DNA of 64,000 nucleotides from a virus (IMGVR_UViG_3300020442_000015:35496-99495); one strand, 5' to 3'; shown: positions 1-10,374, counted from the first letter of the stretch. Notes: generated by a model from the sequence alone, not told the origin. Program-made: numbers and translations.

Positions 1-1
1 A

Positions 2-2671
2 ACAGAAACCGACTCGAACCTGTATAATGGTTCTTTCCTTGTTACATCTGCACAAGGTAACCAGTTTACCTATCAGATGTCAGCAGAACCATCGGGTAAT
101 GCAATCGGTTCCAACGTTCTTGTGAAGGTTGAGATTGACACGGTTGACTCTGCGTCACCATATGTGTTCAATATGTCATTGAGATCGGTGTGGGGCATCA
201 ACGGGATGCACGCAGATGGTTCTCAGGCAACTGGTTTCAAATCGATGGTTGTGGCACAGTTCACGGGTATCTCTCTACAAAAGGATGACCGTGCCTTCGT
301 GCTATATAACCCATCCACAGGTAACTATGAAGCGCAGGCAGCAGGATCTGGTGCCCATATTAACGGTCTATGTAAATACCGTAAAGGATGGCGTCACGTC
401 CATATTAGAGCATCCAACGACTCATTCATTCAGGTTGTGTCTGTGTTTGCTGTGGGATTTGGTGACCATTTCTTCAGTGACAGCGGTGGCGACCTTTCTA
501 TTACTAACAGTAACTCAAACTTCGGAAACACCTCCCTGCGATCCAAAGGATTTAAGTCAGCAGCGTTTACAAAGGATAAAGCAGGTCAGATAACACATAT
601 TATTCCACCTAAAGGAATCTCTGATGTTGCTGAGGTTTCTATTAACTGGGTGACATTTGATATTAACAAGATCCGTGCAGCAGCAGATCCTACAAAACTG
701 TATCTGTACGGTTATACAAACGAGAACGCAAAACCCCCTAGCAAAATTCAGGGTTATACCATCGGTGCACGTAGAGATTCACCTACACTGCCTGATAAGA
801 TTAACGTTCTCTTGGTTGCATCTGGTGCAAACGCACCTACAACTCACACTGCAAAGATCGACCCCTCTGGTCCTACAGTGACGGGTACATCTCCTGGAGA
901 TGATGAGTCCCCGATCAAGTATGATCCTAACCAGTCTAACTGGTACTTGCAGGTTGACTCTGCAAATAATGATATTTACACAACTCTAATCGCTAACAGT
1001 CAGTATCAAAATCTTGGATTCACGCCAACATCATTCATCAGAAGAGTCCCTGACGCAAGAGACCTTAAGGATAGAATCTACAGATTTAGATATGTACTGG
1101 ACAAGGATGCGTTCCCGATTCCTAGAGAACCCATTACTGGTTTCGTGGTACAACCTAGATCTTCAGAGACTAACTCTCCTGCATATGATAAGACATACTA
1201 CATCTATGAAGTAGAAACTTATCAAGAGTTTGAGCGTGGTGTTGCTGATGGTATCTACTATCTGACATTCTTGAACGCATCTGTGTCTCCTGCAACGTCT
1301 AACTTCGACGACTTTGCATTCTCACAACAGACTGTTGACTTGTATCCTGCATTTGACAGAGACAACCCTGTTGCTGACCCTGGTCCTGCTATCTCTGTTG
1401 CAGATAATGATGTTCTGGGTCTGGTTAGAACAACTGATGGTGCAACTCCTACTCCTAATGAAGACACTAAACTGTCTATCACTAAGGAAACATCACAGTT
1501 CTTCCTGCTTGAGCAAGAGAACAACCTTGGTTACAATACCACATCCAACACACTGAATAGTATTGTTGTTACTGCACGTTTGGGTGATGAGGAAGAAAGA
1601 AAGATTCCTTTGAAACTGAATGCAGACAACTCTGTTGCACCTATCCTCTGTGAATTGAGAAGATACTCGATTCTTAGAGCATCTGGTCACACGTTTGAAT
1701 ATCTTGGTTTCGGTCCTGGTAACTACTCAACTGCATTCCCATCTACTCAGGTGGAAGTGTTGTCACCTGCACAGGTTAGACTGTCACAGTCACTCAAAGA
1801 AGCAGCAGGTGTTGCATACTACTCTGGTGTGAACTCTGATGGTGAACTGTTCGTTGGTAACCAGGTTATTAACCCAGTTACGGGTCAGATCACAAACGAG
1901 GATATTGCACAGTTGAACGTCTTGGGTGAAGAAGGTACAACGATTGAGACCTTCTCTGAGATCGTTCTTACTGACAAACTCACCGTTATCGGTGGTGCAT
2001 CTAACCAGTTGGAATCTGTCTTCTCAGGTCCTGTTACTTTCCAGAAGCGTATTACTGCTCAGGAAAACATTCAGACCCTGAAACTTACTTACAGTAACGA
2101 TGATGGTACTGTACTAAAGCAGACGTTCCTTGCAGAAGATGATGGATCAGGTCAACCAGATATTGATTCGTCACTTGCATTTAATGATGGCGATATTATC
2201 TATAATATTGATTGGCAGGCAGGTGATTCACTTGGTTGGATTTATGAAACAGGAACTTGGTATCAGTTTGGTCTGACAGATACCTCACCTATTACTGCAC
2301 GTCGTTTCAGTGGTGTGACCAACTATGGTATCGGTATGGCACCCGATGCCAATAACAGAATGAAGATCAGTGGCAACACTTACATCGATGGTAACCTTGA
2401 TGTGAGTGGCAATTATGGTGCTGCTGATAAATATAGACTGGCAACTGGTATTGCAAATGGCAATAACGGTGTCACGTACAGTGGCAATGGATCTACATCA
2501 TCCTTTGCTATCTCCGCTGGACACACCTCCTACTCTGTGTTGGTGTTCCTTAATGGTGTTGCACAGATCCCTGGTGTTGATTATCAGGTTTCTGGTAACG
2601 CAGTTGACTTTAGTATTAGCACTCCCCCTGCGACTGGTGACGTGATTCAGATCAGAGAACTCGTTATCTAA
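2..2671 (+). CDS. Virion structural / tail fibre-associated protein, 5' truncated
   Basis: The frame is open from position 2 (TETDSNLYNGSF...) into the listed ORF. Beta-rich; C-terminal 'VFLNGVAQIPGVDYQVSGNAVDF...PPATGDVIQIR' module typical of cyanomyovirus structural proteins. Confidence 0.75.
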   Translation, partial: TETDSNLYNGSFLVTSAQGNQFTYQMSAEPSGNAIGSNVLVKVEIDTVDSASPYVFNMSLRSVWGINGMHADGSQATGFKSMVVAQFTGISLQKDDRAFVLYNPSTGNYEAQAAGSGAHINGLCKYRKGWRHVHIRASNDSFIQVVSVFAVGFGDHFFSDSGGDLSITNSNSNFGNTSLRSKGFKSAAFTKDKAGQITHIIPPKGISDVAEVSINWVTFDINKIRAAADPTKLYLYGYTNENAKPPSKIQGYTIGARRDSPTLPDKINVLLVASGANAPTTHTAKIDPSGPTVTGTSPGDDESPIKYDPNQSNWYLQVDSANNDIYTTLIANSQYQNLGFTPTSFIRRVPDARDLKDRIYRFRYVLDKDAFPIPREPITGFVVQPRSSETNSPAYDKTYYIYEVETYQEFERGVADGIYYLTFLNASVSPATSNFDDFAFSQQTVDLYPAFDRDNPVADPGPAISVADNDVLGLVRTTDGATPTPNEDTKLSITKETSQFFLLEQENNLGYNTTSNTLNSIVVTARLGDEEERKIPLKLNADNSVAPILCELRRYSILRASGHTFEYLGFGPGNYSTAFPSTQVEVLSPAQVRLSQSLKEAAGVAYYSGVNSDGELFVGNQVINPVTGQITNEDIAQLNVLGEEGTTIETFSEIVLTDKLTVIGGASNQLESVFSGPVTFQKRITAQENIQTLKLTYSNDDGTVLKQTFLAEDDGSGQPDIDSSLAFNDGDIIYNIDWQAGDSLGWIYETGTWYQFGLTDTSPITARRFSGVTNYGIGMAPDANNRMKISGNTYIDGNLDVSGNYGAADKYRLATGIANGNNGVTYSGNGSTSSFAISAGHTSYSVLVFLNGVAQIPGVDYQVSGNAVDFSISTPPATGDVIQIRELVI

Positions 2672-2674
2672 ATA
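2669..2674 (+). promoter_or_regulatory. T4-type late promoter (TAAATA)
   Basis: CTAAATA overlapping the stop codon, 22 nt before the next ATG. Confidence 0.55.
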
Positions 2675-2696
2675 CTATTGTAGAGACTAGGTTCCT

Positions 2697-3551
2697 ATGG
2701 CAACCAAGATTAACGGTAATCAGATACAAGCGACCACCAGAGGTTTGGTGGAAGCGTGGCAGATTACTGAACAACTTAACCTTCCCTCGCTAAACCAATC
2801 ACAGGTCAATGCTCTTGGCACTCCTGCGTTTGGTACGGTTGTGTATAACTCAACCGAGGATATGGCGCAGATCTATAAACAGGATGCCAACCAAGGTAAC
2901 CCTGGATGGAGTGACGTTGGTGGAGGTGGTCCTGCGATTGGTGATAAGTCAATCATCAGAACGAACGGTACAACTATTGCCGAAAACCTGACGATTGGTG
3001 CTACATTCAACGGTGGTGTTGAATTTACTAACGGTTTCTCCGCTGGTCCGATTGAGATTGCGTCTGGATATACACTCACCATTGAGAATGGTGCATCCTG
3101 GATGATTATGGGTGACGACGATCTGTCGTTCGCTGAGTTTGTTGATATTGAATCACAGCACGCTACGTTTACTGGAACTCTACACTTCAGTGAAACGAAA
3201 GAGAGCATTTATTATTATATGACGAGTGGGTCAGTTACCCACGATTTCAATAACGGTAACACGATCTGGATTAACAAAACTGGTGGTGGTAACTTCACAC
3301 TTACCCTAAACAATGTGCCTACTGATGGTGCACACGGTTATGGTATTACTGTGGTTATGAAAACTGAAGGTGGTAGTGGTATTCCTACTGGACTTGTAAT
3401 TAACGGACAATCCACAAGTATTTTCTGGTCTGGTGGTAACGTTCCTGGTATGGATGGTACATACTGTATCATCTCTTTTGCTATGGTTTATATCTCTAAC
3501 CCTAACCAGCAAGCATTCTCTGTCTTCGGTTCCGCTGTTAATTATTCCTGA
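2697..3551 (+). CDS. Virion structural protein (fibre-associated)
   Basis: 284 aa; 'IIRTNGTTIAENLTI...NGFSAGPIEIASGYTLTIENGASW' module typical of phage fibre proteins; fibre-gene context. Confidence 0.65.
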   Translation: MATKINGNQIQATTRGLVEAWQITEQLNLPSLNQSQVNALGTPAFGTVVYNSTEDMAQIYKQDANQGNPGWSDVGGGGPAIGDKSIIRTNGTTIAENLTIGATFNGGVEFTNGFSAGPIEIASGYTLTIENGASWMIMGDDDLSFAEFVDIESQHATFTGTLHFSETKESIYYYMTSGSVTHDFNNGNTIWINKTGGGNFTLTLNNVPTDGAHGYGITVVMKTEGGSGIPTGLVINGQSTSIFWSGGNVPGMDGTYCIISFAMVYISNPNQQAFSVFGSAVNYS

Positions 3552-3553
3552 TT

Positions 3554-4543
3554 ATGTCCACTCAAATCGGTTTTTCTGGAAACTTCAATCCTCTCTCATC
3601 TTCAATGTGTTCCCGTGGAGGTGGAGCAGGTGGTGGCGGTGGTGTTCCTAAAATTACAGCAGATAATAACGGTACAGTTTTTAATACACAACACCCTAGT
3701 AACGGAAAACAACTGAAGTGCCATAGATTTACTGGTACTGGTGATAATAGTTTGTACATCCGTGATGGTGCTGGTGGTAGCATTTACGTTTGGATGTGGG
3801 GTGCTGCTGGTGGTAGAGGTGGTCAGGGTGGTAACTCTGGCGGTGCTGGTGGTCACTCATATTCTGAGATTGAAGTACAAGAATCCTGGATCAATGCTGG
3901 CGGTAGAATGAGAATCTACGTCGGTGGTGGCGGTGGTGGAGGAAATGGTTGCTACGGTTGCTGGGGCGGCGGTGGTAACGGTACCAATGGATCTGGATAT
4001 GGTTCTGGTGGTCGTGGAACTCACGCTTCTTGCAGAGGTTGCTCAGCAGGTGGTGGTGGAGGTGGAGCAGCAACGATGCTGTTCTCCCCTATGGGTGTCA
4101 ATATGAATCAAGGCAACATTCTCCAAGTCGCTGGAGGCGGCGGAGGAGGTGGAGGTCGCGAAGGTTGTGGTGGTGCTGGTAGAGGCGGTGCAGGCGGTCA
4201 ACGTGGTGAGAATGGACAGTGTGGATCCCAAGGTGGTGGCGCTGGACAGAATGGTGATACCAATGGTGATGAGTGCGGAAGACCTGGTAACGACGCTTCA
4301 GGCGGCGGTGGAGGCGGTGGAGGTTACAATGCAGGAAACTGTGGTGGTAACCCTGGTTGCGATTGTAATGGTGCTGCTGGAGGTGGTGGAGGTAACAGTT
4401 GGACATCAAGTCCATACACCATAGATAGTTCTATATCTAATGGTAACTACACAACTCCTGGTGATACTAATAACAGTTTCCGTAATGGTGCTGCTGGCAG
4501 TGATGGCGGCAGTGGCATTTGTACCATATGCTATGAAGAGTAA
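3554..4543 (+). CDS. Glycine-rich, cysteine-rich fibre/adhesin-like protein
   Basis: Poly-Gly runs alternating with short beta strands (VWMWGAAGG, IYVGGGG, LQVAGGGG); 14 Cys. Confidence 0.7.
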   Translation: MSTQIGFSGNFNPLSSSMCSRGGGAGGGGGVPKITADNNGTVFNTQHPSNGKQLKCHRFTGTGDNSLYIRDGAGGSIYVWMWGAAGGRGGQGGNSGGAGGHSYSEIEVQESWINAGGRMRIYVGGGGGGGNGCYGCWGGGGNGTNGSGYGSGGRGTHASCRGCSAGGGGGGAATMLFSPMGVNMNQGNILQVAGGGGGGGGREGCGGAGRGGAGGQRGENGQCGSQGGGAGQNGDTNGDECGRPGNDASGGGGGGGGYNAGNCGGNPGCDCNGAAGGGGGNSWTSSPYTIDSSISNGNYTTPGDTNNSFRNGAAGSDGGSGICTICYEE

Positions 4544-5076
4544 TGCCTACTAAAAGTATCTACGAACCTAAAACAGAAGACAATGATTATGAGCAGTTGA
4601 ATACTGCTTCAGTTCTTATTGACTTCGACAGAGGTATTATTGAGGTTGGATCTCTTCAAACCTTGAAAGCAAACTCTGTTATGGTTAGAGTTAGCATCCG
4701 TAAGGATAATAAATATGAATGCACGTTTGATAAACTGCAAGTTGGTGTCCTCATCACAAAGGGTGCTGAAGTCATTCTTGAGGATAAACTCGAAGGAGTT
4801 ATCTGCACAGACCAACGTTATATTATGATGTGCAATGTTCCTCCCTTGGTAAAGGGTCAGGAATATACATTACAAGTCTGGTGTCACGAAGGTGATTCTA
4901 AGTTGACATTCAGAGAAAATTTCACAGTTCCTGATTACGAAGATCAGACAACTGAAATGGATAATCCAGTTGGTACCGTTGTGTATCACGATGGATATTA
5001 CCCTGATGATGAACAATGGGAGAGAGATCAACCATACCTTCCAGAAGGATATGTTAGACCTGTCCCGCCTACATAA
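4543..5076 (+). CDS. Hypothetical protein
   Basis: 177-aa ORF coupled to the upstream stop (TAATG). Confidence 0.7.
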   Translation: MPTKSIYEPKTEDNDYEQLNTASVLIDFDRGIIEVGSLQTLKANSVMVRVSIRKDNKYECTFDKLQVGVLITKGAEVILEDKLEGVICTDQRYIMMCNVPPLVKGQEYTLQVWCHEGDSKLTFRENFTVPDYEDQTTEMDNPVGTVVYHDGYYPDDEQWERDQPYLPEGYVRPVPPT

Positions 5077-5079
5077 TTG

Positions 5080-5087
5080 TATAAATA
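5080..5087 (+). promoter_or_regulatory. T4-type late promoter TATAAATA
   Basis: Perfect T4 late consensus, intergenic, with AGGAG downstream. Confidence 0.75.
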
Positions 5088-5112
5088 ACACTAGGAGAAT
5101 TCTTAAGGTCAA

Positions 5113-5913
5113 ATGAGTACACTCAAAGTTGCATCTATTAGAGACCTGTCTGGTATTGGTGGTTTTACCCTTGCATCGGGTAACATTACTGCGAACGGTA
5201 CGCTCACCGTTAGTAATTTAACGGTCAACGGCACAATGTCTGGTTCCTCTGGTCAGATTGTACCGAGTGTCTCAGGACAGGCAGGCAAATTCCTCACAAC
5301 TGATGGTTCCAATATGTCTTGGACATCTGTGAGTTCAGAGAACATCAGCTCTATGCAAGTCTGGACAGGTAATGGTACCTGGAACAGACCATCTGGTGTT
5401 AAGTATATCCACGTTCGCCTAAATGGTGGCGGAGGCGGTGGTGCTGGTCACGGCGAATCTGGCGGTGCTGGTGGTTACGCTGAGCGCGTTATGTCTGTTG
5501 CTAACATCTCGTCGGTGGGTATTTCCATCGGTGGTGGTGGCGGTGGAACCTGGTATTTCAACCGAGGTGGTGATGGTGGATCCACATCCTTCGGTCCTTA
5601 TATGTCTGCGGGTGGTGGTCACGGTGCTGCTCGTAACAACTCTCACTCTGGTGGTCTCGGCAGACAGGGTTCTGGCGGTGACCTGAACATCTGGGGTGGT
5701 GGCGGTCAGTCTCACGCTGCTCACGGCGGTGGAACTGGTGGTCCTTCTCACTTCGGTGGATCTGTGGCAGCAGGTTGGCCCAATGGTGGCAACTTCTCCC
5801 ACAATCACCAAGACCACGCTGCATTTGGTGCAGGCGGTTCTGGTGGTCACTTCTCTTCTTTCCGTGGATCTAACGGCAAGTATGGTGTCGTTACTGTCAT
5901 CAACTACAAGTAA
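5113..5913 (+). CDS. Glycine-rich, histidine-rich fibre/adhesin-like protein
   Basis: Fibre-type N-terminus (MSTLKVASIRDLSG, 'GKFLTTDGSNMSW'), then 'TWNRPSGVKYIHVRLNGGGGGG' glycine-rich domain; 11 His, no Cys. Confidence 0.75.
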   Translation: MSTLKVASIRDLSGIGGFTLASGNITANGTLTVSNLTVNGTMSGSSGQIVPSVSGQAGKFLTTDGSNMSWTSVSSENISSMQVWTGNGTWNRPSGVKYIHVRLNGGGGGGAGHGESGGAGGYAERVMSVANISSVGISIGGGGGGTWYFNRGGDGGSTSFGPYMSAGGGHGAARNNSHSGGLGRQGSGGDLNIWGGGGQSHAAHGGGTGGPSHFGGSVAAGWPNGGNFSHNHQDHAAFGAGGSGGHFSSFRGSNGKYGVVTVINYK

Positions 5914-5926
5914 TTAAGGGGAAGCA

Positions 5927-6451
5927 ATGAAGAAAGCACTTATGGATTTTACAGGCGGTGTCGCTGACATCGTTGAACCTGGCGAAGAGTATCCTCTGTT
6001 CTTGGGACGTGGATGTGCTCAGATGTGGGTGAATGCACCCGACGACATCACTAAAGTTTGGACTCTTGAATGGTCACCTTCTGCTGAAGATATGATCTGG
6101 GTTGAGCGTACTGAAACTTACGCTGATCCTGCTACCACTCGTAGAGTTGCATATGGTGAAGTTGGTCAGCAACTGGATCTTCTCTATAAAGATCTTGCTG
6201 CTGGTAGAGACCTTGCAGGTGCTGATGCACTGTGGTTTAATCACATTAAGACAGTCAAAGAAAATACAGTTCGCCCTTCTGACGTTGAGGAACCAATGGA
6301 TCCTACAATGACTGAGGAAGAGGTTTCTGAATTTATGTCTGATGCTGTTGAACCAAGCAAAGATCGTCCTATGAAGATCTCTTCTCCTGAGAATCCTTGC
6401 TGGGAAAGATACAGCAACTGGGGACGTACTTACGAGGAACTTCCTGAGTGA
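5927..6451 (+). CDS. Hypothetical protein, possible tail fibre assembly/chaperone
   Basis: 'RRVAYGEVGQQLDLLYKDL...WFNHIKTVK' motif is common in ORFs that follow fibre genes. Confidence 0.55.
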   Translation: MKKALMDFTGGVADIVEPGEEYPLFLGRGCAQMWVNAPDDITKVWTLEWSPSAEDMIWVERTETYADPATTRRVAYGEVGQQLDLLYKDLAAGRDLAGADALWFNHIKTVKENTVRPSDVEEPMDPTMTEEEVSEFMSDAVEPSKDRPMKISSPENPCWERYSNWGRTYEELPE

Positions 6452-6455
6452 TAAA

Positions 6456-6474
6456 ATAGCACTTGTGCTATACT
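6456..6474 (+). promoter_or_regulatory. Extended -10 promoter (TG-C-TATACT) overlapped by palindrome ATAGCAC-TT-GTGCTAT
   Basis: Seen directly in the intergenic gap before the halogenase gene. Confidence 0.5.
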
Positions 6475-6496
6475 ATATAAAGAAAGTGATTAAGTT

Positions 6497-8188
6497 ATGC
6501 AGGTAAACAATGTAGTTATTGTTGGCGGCGGGTCGTCTGGATGGATGACCGCCGCTGCTTTGTTGAAACTATGCCCTTGGGTTAATGTTGTGTTGGTCGA
6601 GAGTGCCAAGCATCCAACTGTGGGTGTTGGTGAATCTACTCTTGGTCACTTCAATAAGTATTTGAAAGCACTGGGTCTTCGTGACGAAGATTGGATGGCA
6701 GCGTGTAATGCCACCTATAAGAATAGTATCCAGTTCACTAATTTTAGAGATAATAACGATTCTGTCTTCCAGTATCCTTTTGGTGTCTATGATTATCATC
6801 TAGACACAATGGAAATCGGAATTGGTGGTGGAAATATAGAAGATTTCTTTGACATTCAAGCAAGTATTGGTGCAGGAGAAGATTTGTATGAGTCTCCTGA
6901 TGGATTTGCAACGTACTACAATGCAGAGAATACTCTCCTAGCAACGCATAATAAACAGACAGACAATAAGGATGGTAAGTTCCGTAACTTTGATCCTGCT
7001 GTTGATGTAGCATATCATCTGGATGCTGAAAAGTTTGGACAGTGGTTGAGAGTAAATGTCTGCGAACCTTGGAAGCAAGTTGATCGCTTCACTCACATTA
7101 TTGGTGATGTGCGTGGTATGGTGAAAGATGTGACTGCTGGTGGTTCACCTGCTCAGTCTAATCGTATTATCAAACAACTTGCAGTTAGACTAGACGAATC
7201 TAAGAAAACTATTGGTGTGGTTGGTGATCTGTTCATTGACTGTACTGGTTTCAAGGGTGCATTGATCGAAGGATTGATGAATGTTCGCCATATTAGTTTC
7301 GAGAAAGTTCTTCCTAACAACAAAGCATATTTTGCACGGATTCCCTATGAGGATCAGAAGTTCCGTGAGATTGCAATGCACAACACAACTGATTGTGAGG
7401 GTGCAGAGAATGGTTGGATGTGGACTATTCCACTGTGGGATCGTATCGGTGTAGGATATTGTTGGTCAGATAGATTTGCTATGCCCACTGAGGCAAAGCA
7501 AGAGTTTGAGATGTGGATTGAACGTAAATTCAACATCGAACCAGGCACATATGAGATCAAGGAACTTGACATCAAGCACGGTTATCGTGAGAAGGCGTGG
7601 GAACTGAACTGTCTGTCAATCGGTCTGTCTTATGGTTTTGTTGAACCACTAGAATCTACTGGTCTGTTGACTACACACGAGAACGTTCTCCGTCTGGTTG
7701 ATGTCTTGAAGCGCCGTAAAGGATATGTTACCAATCTGGAAAGATCGTGGTATAATTATCAAGCACAGCGTGAAGTGATCGGTTTCAGCAAGTTTGTGGC
7801 AATGCACTATGCACTGTCTATGCGTACTGATAACCCTTATTGGCGTCACGCCACACAACGCTGTGATTATATGGAAGATAACTTTGATGGTAATGTCAAA
7901 GTGAATGATAACTATGAGCGTATGGGTGACATTCTGGACAACAACTGTCCACTTGCTGCCAATATGCTTGGTATGAATTATATTGCTGCTGGTATGGGTC
8001 TGCGCCTTGGTACTAGGTTTAGTTACCACGATATGGACCTAGATACTTTGGCAATTAAGAAACAGGATAGAGAAGAGTACATTGCATATGTACACAACGA
8101 AGTTCACAAACTTCCTTCTCATTACCAGTATCTACTTGACAACATTTATGGAGGAGTTGATGAAATTCGGGATTCCCTGGAGGCGTAA
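6497..8188 (+). CDS. Flavin-dependent halogenase (tryptophan halogenase/PrnA family)
   Basis: GGGSSG FAD motif, VGVGES, catalytic-Lys region 'ATYKNSIQF', 'AYHLDA', 'DLFIDCTGF', WxWxIP (WMWTIP), FVEPLESTG. Confidence 0.93.
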   Translation: MQVNNVVIVGGGSSGWMTAAALLKLCPWVNVVLVESAKHPTVGVGESTLGHFNKYLKALGLRDEDWMAACNATYKNSIQFTNFRDNNDSVFQYPFGVYDYHLDTMEIGIGGGNIEDFFDIQASIGAGEDLYESPDGFATYYNAENTLLATHNKQTDNKDGKFRNFDPAVDVAYHLDAEKFGQWLRVNVCEPWKQVDRFTHIIGDVRGMVKDVTAGGSPAQSNRIIKQLAVRLDESKKTIGVVGDLFIDCTGFKGALIEGLMNVRHISFEKVLPNNKAYFARIPYEDQKFREIAMHNTTDCEGAENGWMWTIPLWDRIGVGYCWSDRFAMPTEAKQEFEMWIERKFNIEPGTYEIKELDIKHGYREKAWELNCLSIGLSYGFVEPLESTGLLTTHENVLRLVDVLKRRKGYVTNLERSWYNYQAQREVIGFSKFVAMHYALSMRTDNPYWRHATQRCDYMEDNFDGNVKVNDNYERMGDILDNNCPLAANMLGMNYIAAGMGLRLGTRFSYHDMDLDTLAIKKQDREEYIAYVHNEVHKLPSHYQYLLDNIYGGVDEIRDSLEA

Positions 8189-8945
8189 GAAACCGTGGTT
8201 GCGGTTCTTCTCACTCGAACCAGGACTTGCTGAGAATTATCCACTAATACCCACATCATCTATTAAGAGGACGTGGCAGGATAAGGAGCACAAAGAATCA
8301 CGATGCCCATTTATGGGCACACAGAATGTTGCTAACTGTCCTGGTTTGAAACAAATCACTAGGATGGGTTATGTTGTTACTGCTCCTATGGACTTCACTA
8401 TCATCACTAATGGTGATGGAGTATCTTACGAGTGGGAAACACCAGCAACATTCGCAAGGCATAGTAACTACATCGGGGATCACTCTCCTGATCAGGTTGT
8501 ACCACTGGTTGATAATCCTCGGGATTGTTTGGCACATATTATCAAACTAGAGACACCTTGGCGTGTTCGTGCTAGTGATGATCTTGTGTTTATGCAACTT
8601 CCTGTTTATTGGAATAATGAGTCAAGATTTGAAGCAGTTGCTGGGATCTATGATCCTAGATTTGCAATGCAGGTGAATGTGCAACTGCTATGGTATGTTA
8701 TGGATGGTCATACGTTGGTCAAGGCAGGTACACCCCTAGCACAGTTTGTGCCTGTTCCAAGATCATCTATCGAGAGAACTTGGTACGATATGACTATAGA
8801 TAATGCAACCCAAGAAGATTGGGATCTTGAAGCAGCGTTCAACTATAGTCTCAGAGCAGAATACTCGACAGAAGACACAGTTAATGCTAAGATCAAGCGT
8901 GCTATGCGTGCTATTAACTATCACAGCAATGGAAAAACCCGATGA
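8160..8945 (+). CDS. Hypothetical protein (DUF6065-like, dUTPase-like C-terminal motif)
   Basis: Start moved to ATG 8160 behind GGAGG; 'CPGLKQITRMGYVVTAP' and 'VKAGTPLAQFVP'. Confidence 0.55.
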   Translation: MKFGIPWRRKKPWLRFFSLEPGLAENYPLIPTSSIKRTWQDKEHKESRCPFMGTQNVANCPGLKQITRMGYVVTAPMDFTIITNGDGVSYEWETPATFARHSNYIGDHSPDQVVPLVDNPRDCLAHIIKLETPWRVRASDDLVFMQLPVYWNNESRFEAVAGIYDPRFAMQVNVQLLWYVMDGHTLVKAGTPLAQFVPVPRSSIERTWYDMTIDNATQEDWDLEAAFNYSLRAEYSTEDTVNAKIKRAMRAINYHSNGKTR

Positions 8946-9292
8946 CTATTGACGAACTGATTCAGAACTTTCACCTCCAGAAGGAGGCAGTACAAGAACT
9001 TATCAAGGGATATGATAGGGACTTCTCTAATAAAAAACTCAATCCATATGGTGTGACAACTATTGAGTTCCAACAACGTAGTGATGCGTTTGCTCAACAG
9101 TCTCGCCTTGAAGGTGCTATTGATGCACTCTATATTGTGAAACGTGATATTATGGGAGAGGAAGGTGATGTTCCTATTCCTAGCGCAGCACTAGATATTG
9201 CTGAGCAGGATATGGAAATGGAAATTGTTGGTCAAACCAGCGATGACAACCTCCCACTAGATGATGACATCCCAGGTGATCCAAGTTACTAA
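8942..9292 (+). CDS. Hypothetical protein
   Basis: ATGA overlap with the upstream gene; helical with an acidic tail. Confidence 0.65.
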   Translation: MTIDELIQNFHLQKEAVQELIKGYDRDFSNKKLNPYGVTTIEFQQRSDAFAQQSRLEGAIDALYIVKRDIMGEEGDVPIPSAALDIAEQDMEMEIVGQTSDDNLPLDDDIPGDPSY

Positions 9293-9866
9293 ACCACATC
9301 AGTTTCATCCAAACTATCTTTGGAAGACACAGTATGATTTTAACTATGAAGGTAGTCCCCTTCAGACACATTGTGGTCAACTGTTAGATCATACTGGTAG
9401 GTCCTCAGTATTAGAAACTGGCAACGCATTTTCAACAGCAGGTAATCTTCAGCAGTCTCCACATCATTGGGAGATACTTGAAGATTTTCTTGTCTGGATG
9501 CAAGCACAGATTATTCCTATCTGGGATCACTGGAACTATTTCCCGTGTATGCCTCAACCATTTAATTCGTGGGTGAATCTACATAAGAGAGGAGGAGAAA
9601 CACTAGAGCACTATCACTCACCCTGTCCACTTGTGGTGTCGTGCTATTTGAAGTGTCCTCCTAATTCTGGTAACTTTCTTGTCAGAGATCCGTTTGAGTA
9701 TCATCTCTTCGGTACACCATCTGAACCACAAGAAAAATTATGGACAGAGATACCAGTACAAACAAATGACATCCTAATCTTCCCTGGTTGGTTGAAACAT
9801 AAGACACAACCAAATGAGACTGACGAAGACCGAATTGTTCTCACTCTAAATTATGAAGGTAATTAA
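9261..9866 (+). CDS. 2OG-Fe(II) oxygenase (TIGR02466-like)
   Basis: 'SWVNLH...EHYH...VVSCYLK', 'ILIFPGWLKHKT', 'RIVLTLN'. Confidence 0.85.
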   Translation: MMTSQVIQVTKPHQFHPNYLWKTQYDFNYEGSPLQTHCGQLLDHTGRSSVLETGNAFSTAGNLQQSPHHWEILEDFLVWMQAQIIPIWDHWNYFPCMPQPFNSWVNLHKRGGETLEHYHSPCPLVVSCYLKCPPNSGNFLVRDPFEYHLFGTPSEPQEKLWTEIPVQTNDILIFPGWLKHKTQPNETDEDRIVLTLNYEGN

Positions 9867-10374
9867 AAATGTTATCTCTCCGCTGTATGCGGACAAGATT
9901 GAAGAACTGATGAGTGATGTACAATTTCAGTGGGGATTTCTGAAAGATGTAACTTACGTCGATCAGGCAGCATTTGGTGCTAATCGTGGAACCCCAGGAT
10001 TTGCACATTTATTCTTCGACGCACAAAATGGTCATCAGTCTGACCATTGTAATTTTATCCTCCCTCTGTTCTATACACTCTGTGGTGATGGATTCCACGA
10101 GTTAATAAGGATTAAGGGAGGATTGCTTTTACCAACGCAAGAAGGATATAATAATAAACACGTGGATTTTGACTTTCCACACACGACAGCATTGTATTAT
10201 GTTAATGATTCAGACGGCGACACGCTCTTCTTCAATGACAATTTGGAGATTGTTAATCGAGTTAAACCAGAGAAAGGAAAACTAATTATTTTTGATGGTT
10301 CTATTTTACACGCATCGTCCTGTCCTACCTCCCACACAAATAGAATTGTGATAAATTTCAACTATGTCAAGTAA
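9853..10374 (+). CDS. 2OG-Fe(II) oxygenase
   Basis: HxD (HVD), 'LYYVNDSDGDT', 'FDGSILHASS', 'RIVINFN'. Confidence 0.9.
   Translation: MKVIKNVISPLYADKIEELMSDVQFQWGFLKDVTYVDQAAFGANRGTPGFAHLFFDAQNGHQSDHCNFILPLFYTLCGDGFHELIRIKGGLLLPTQEGYNNKHVDFDFPHTTALYYVNDSDGDTLFFNDNLEIVNRVKPEKGKLIIFDGSILHASSCPTSHTNRIVINFNYVK

Noticed and set aside
3554-5913. GGT/GGC runs as DNA repeats or a diversity-generating target
   Set aside because: Explained by poly-glycine coding; no template/variable repeat pair or reverse transcriptase seen.
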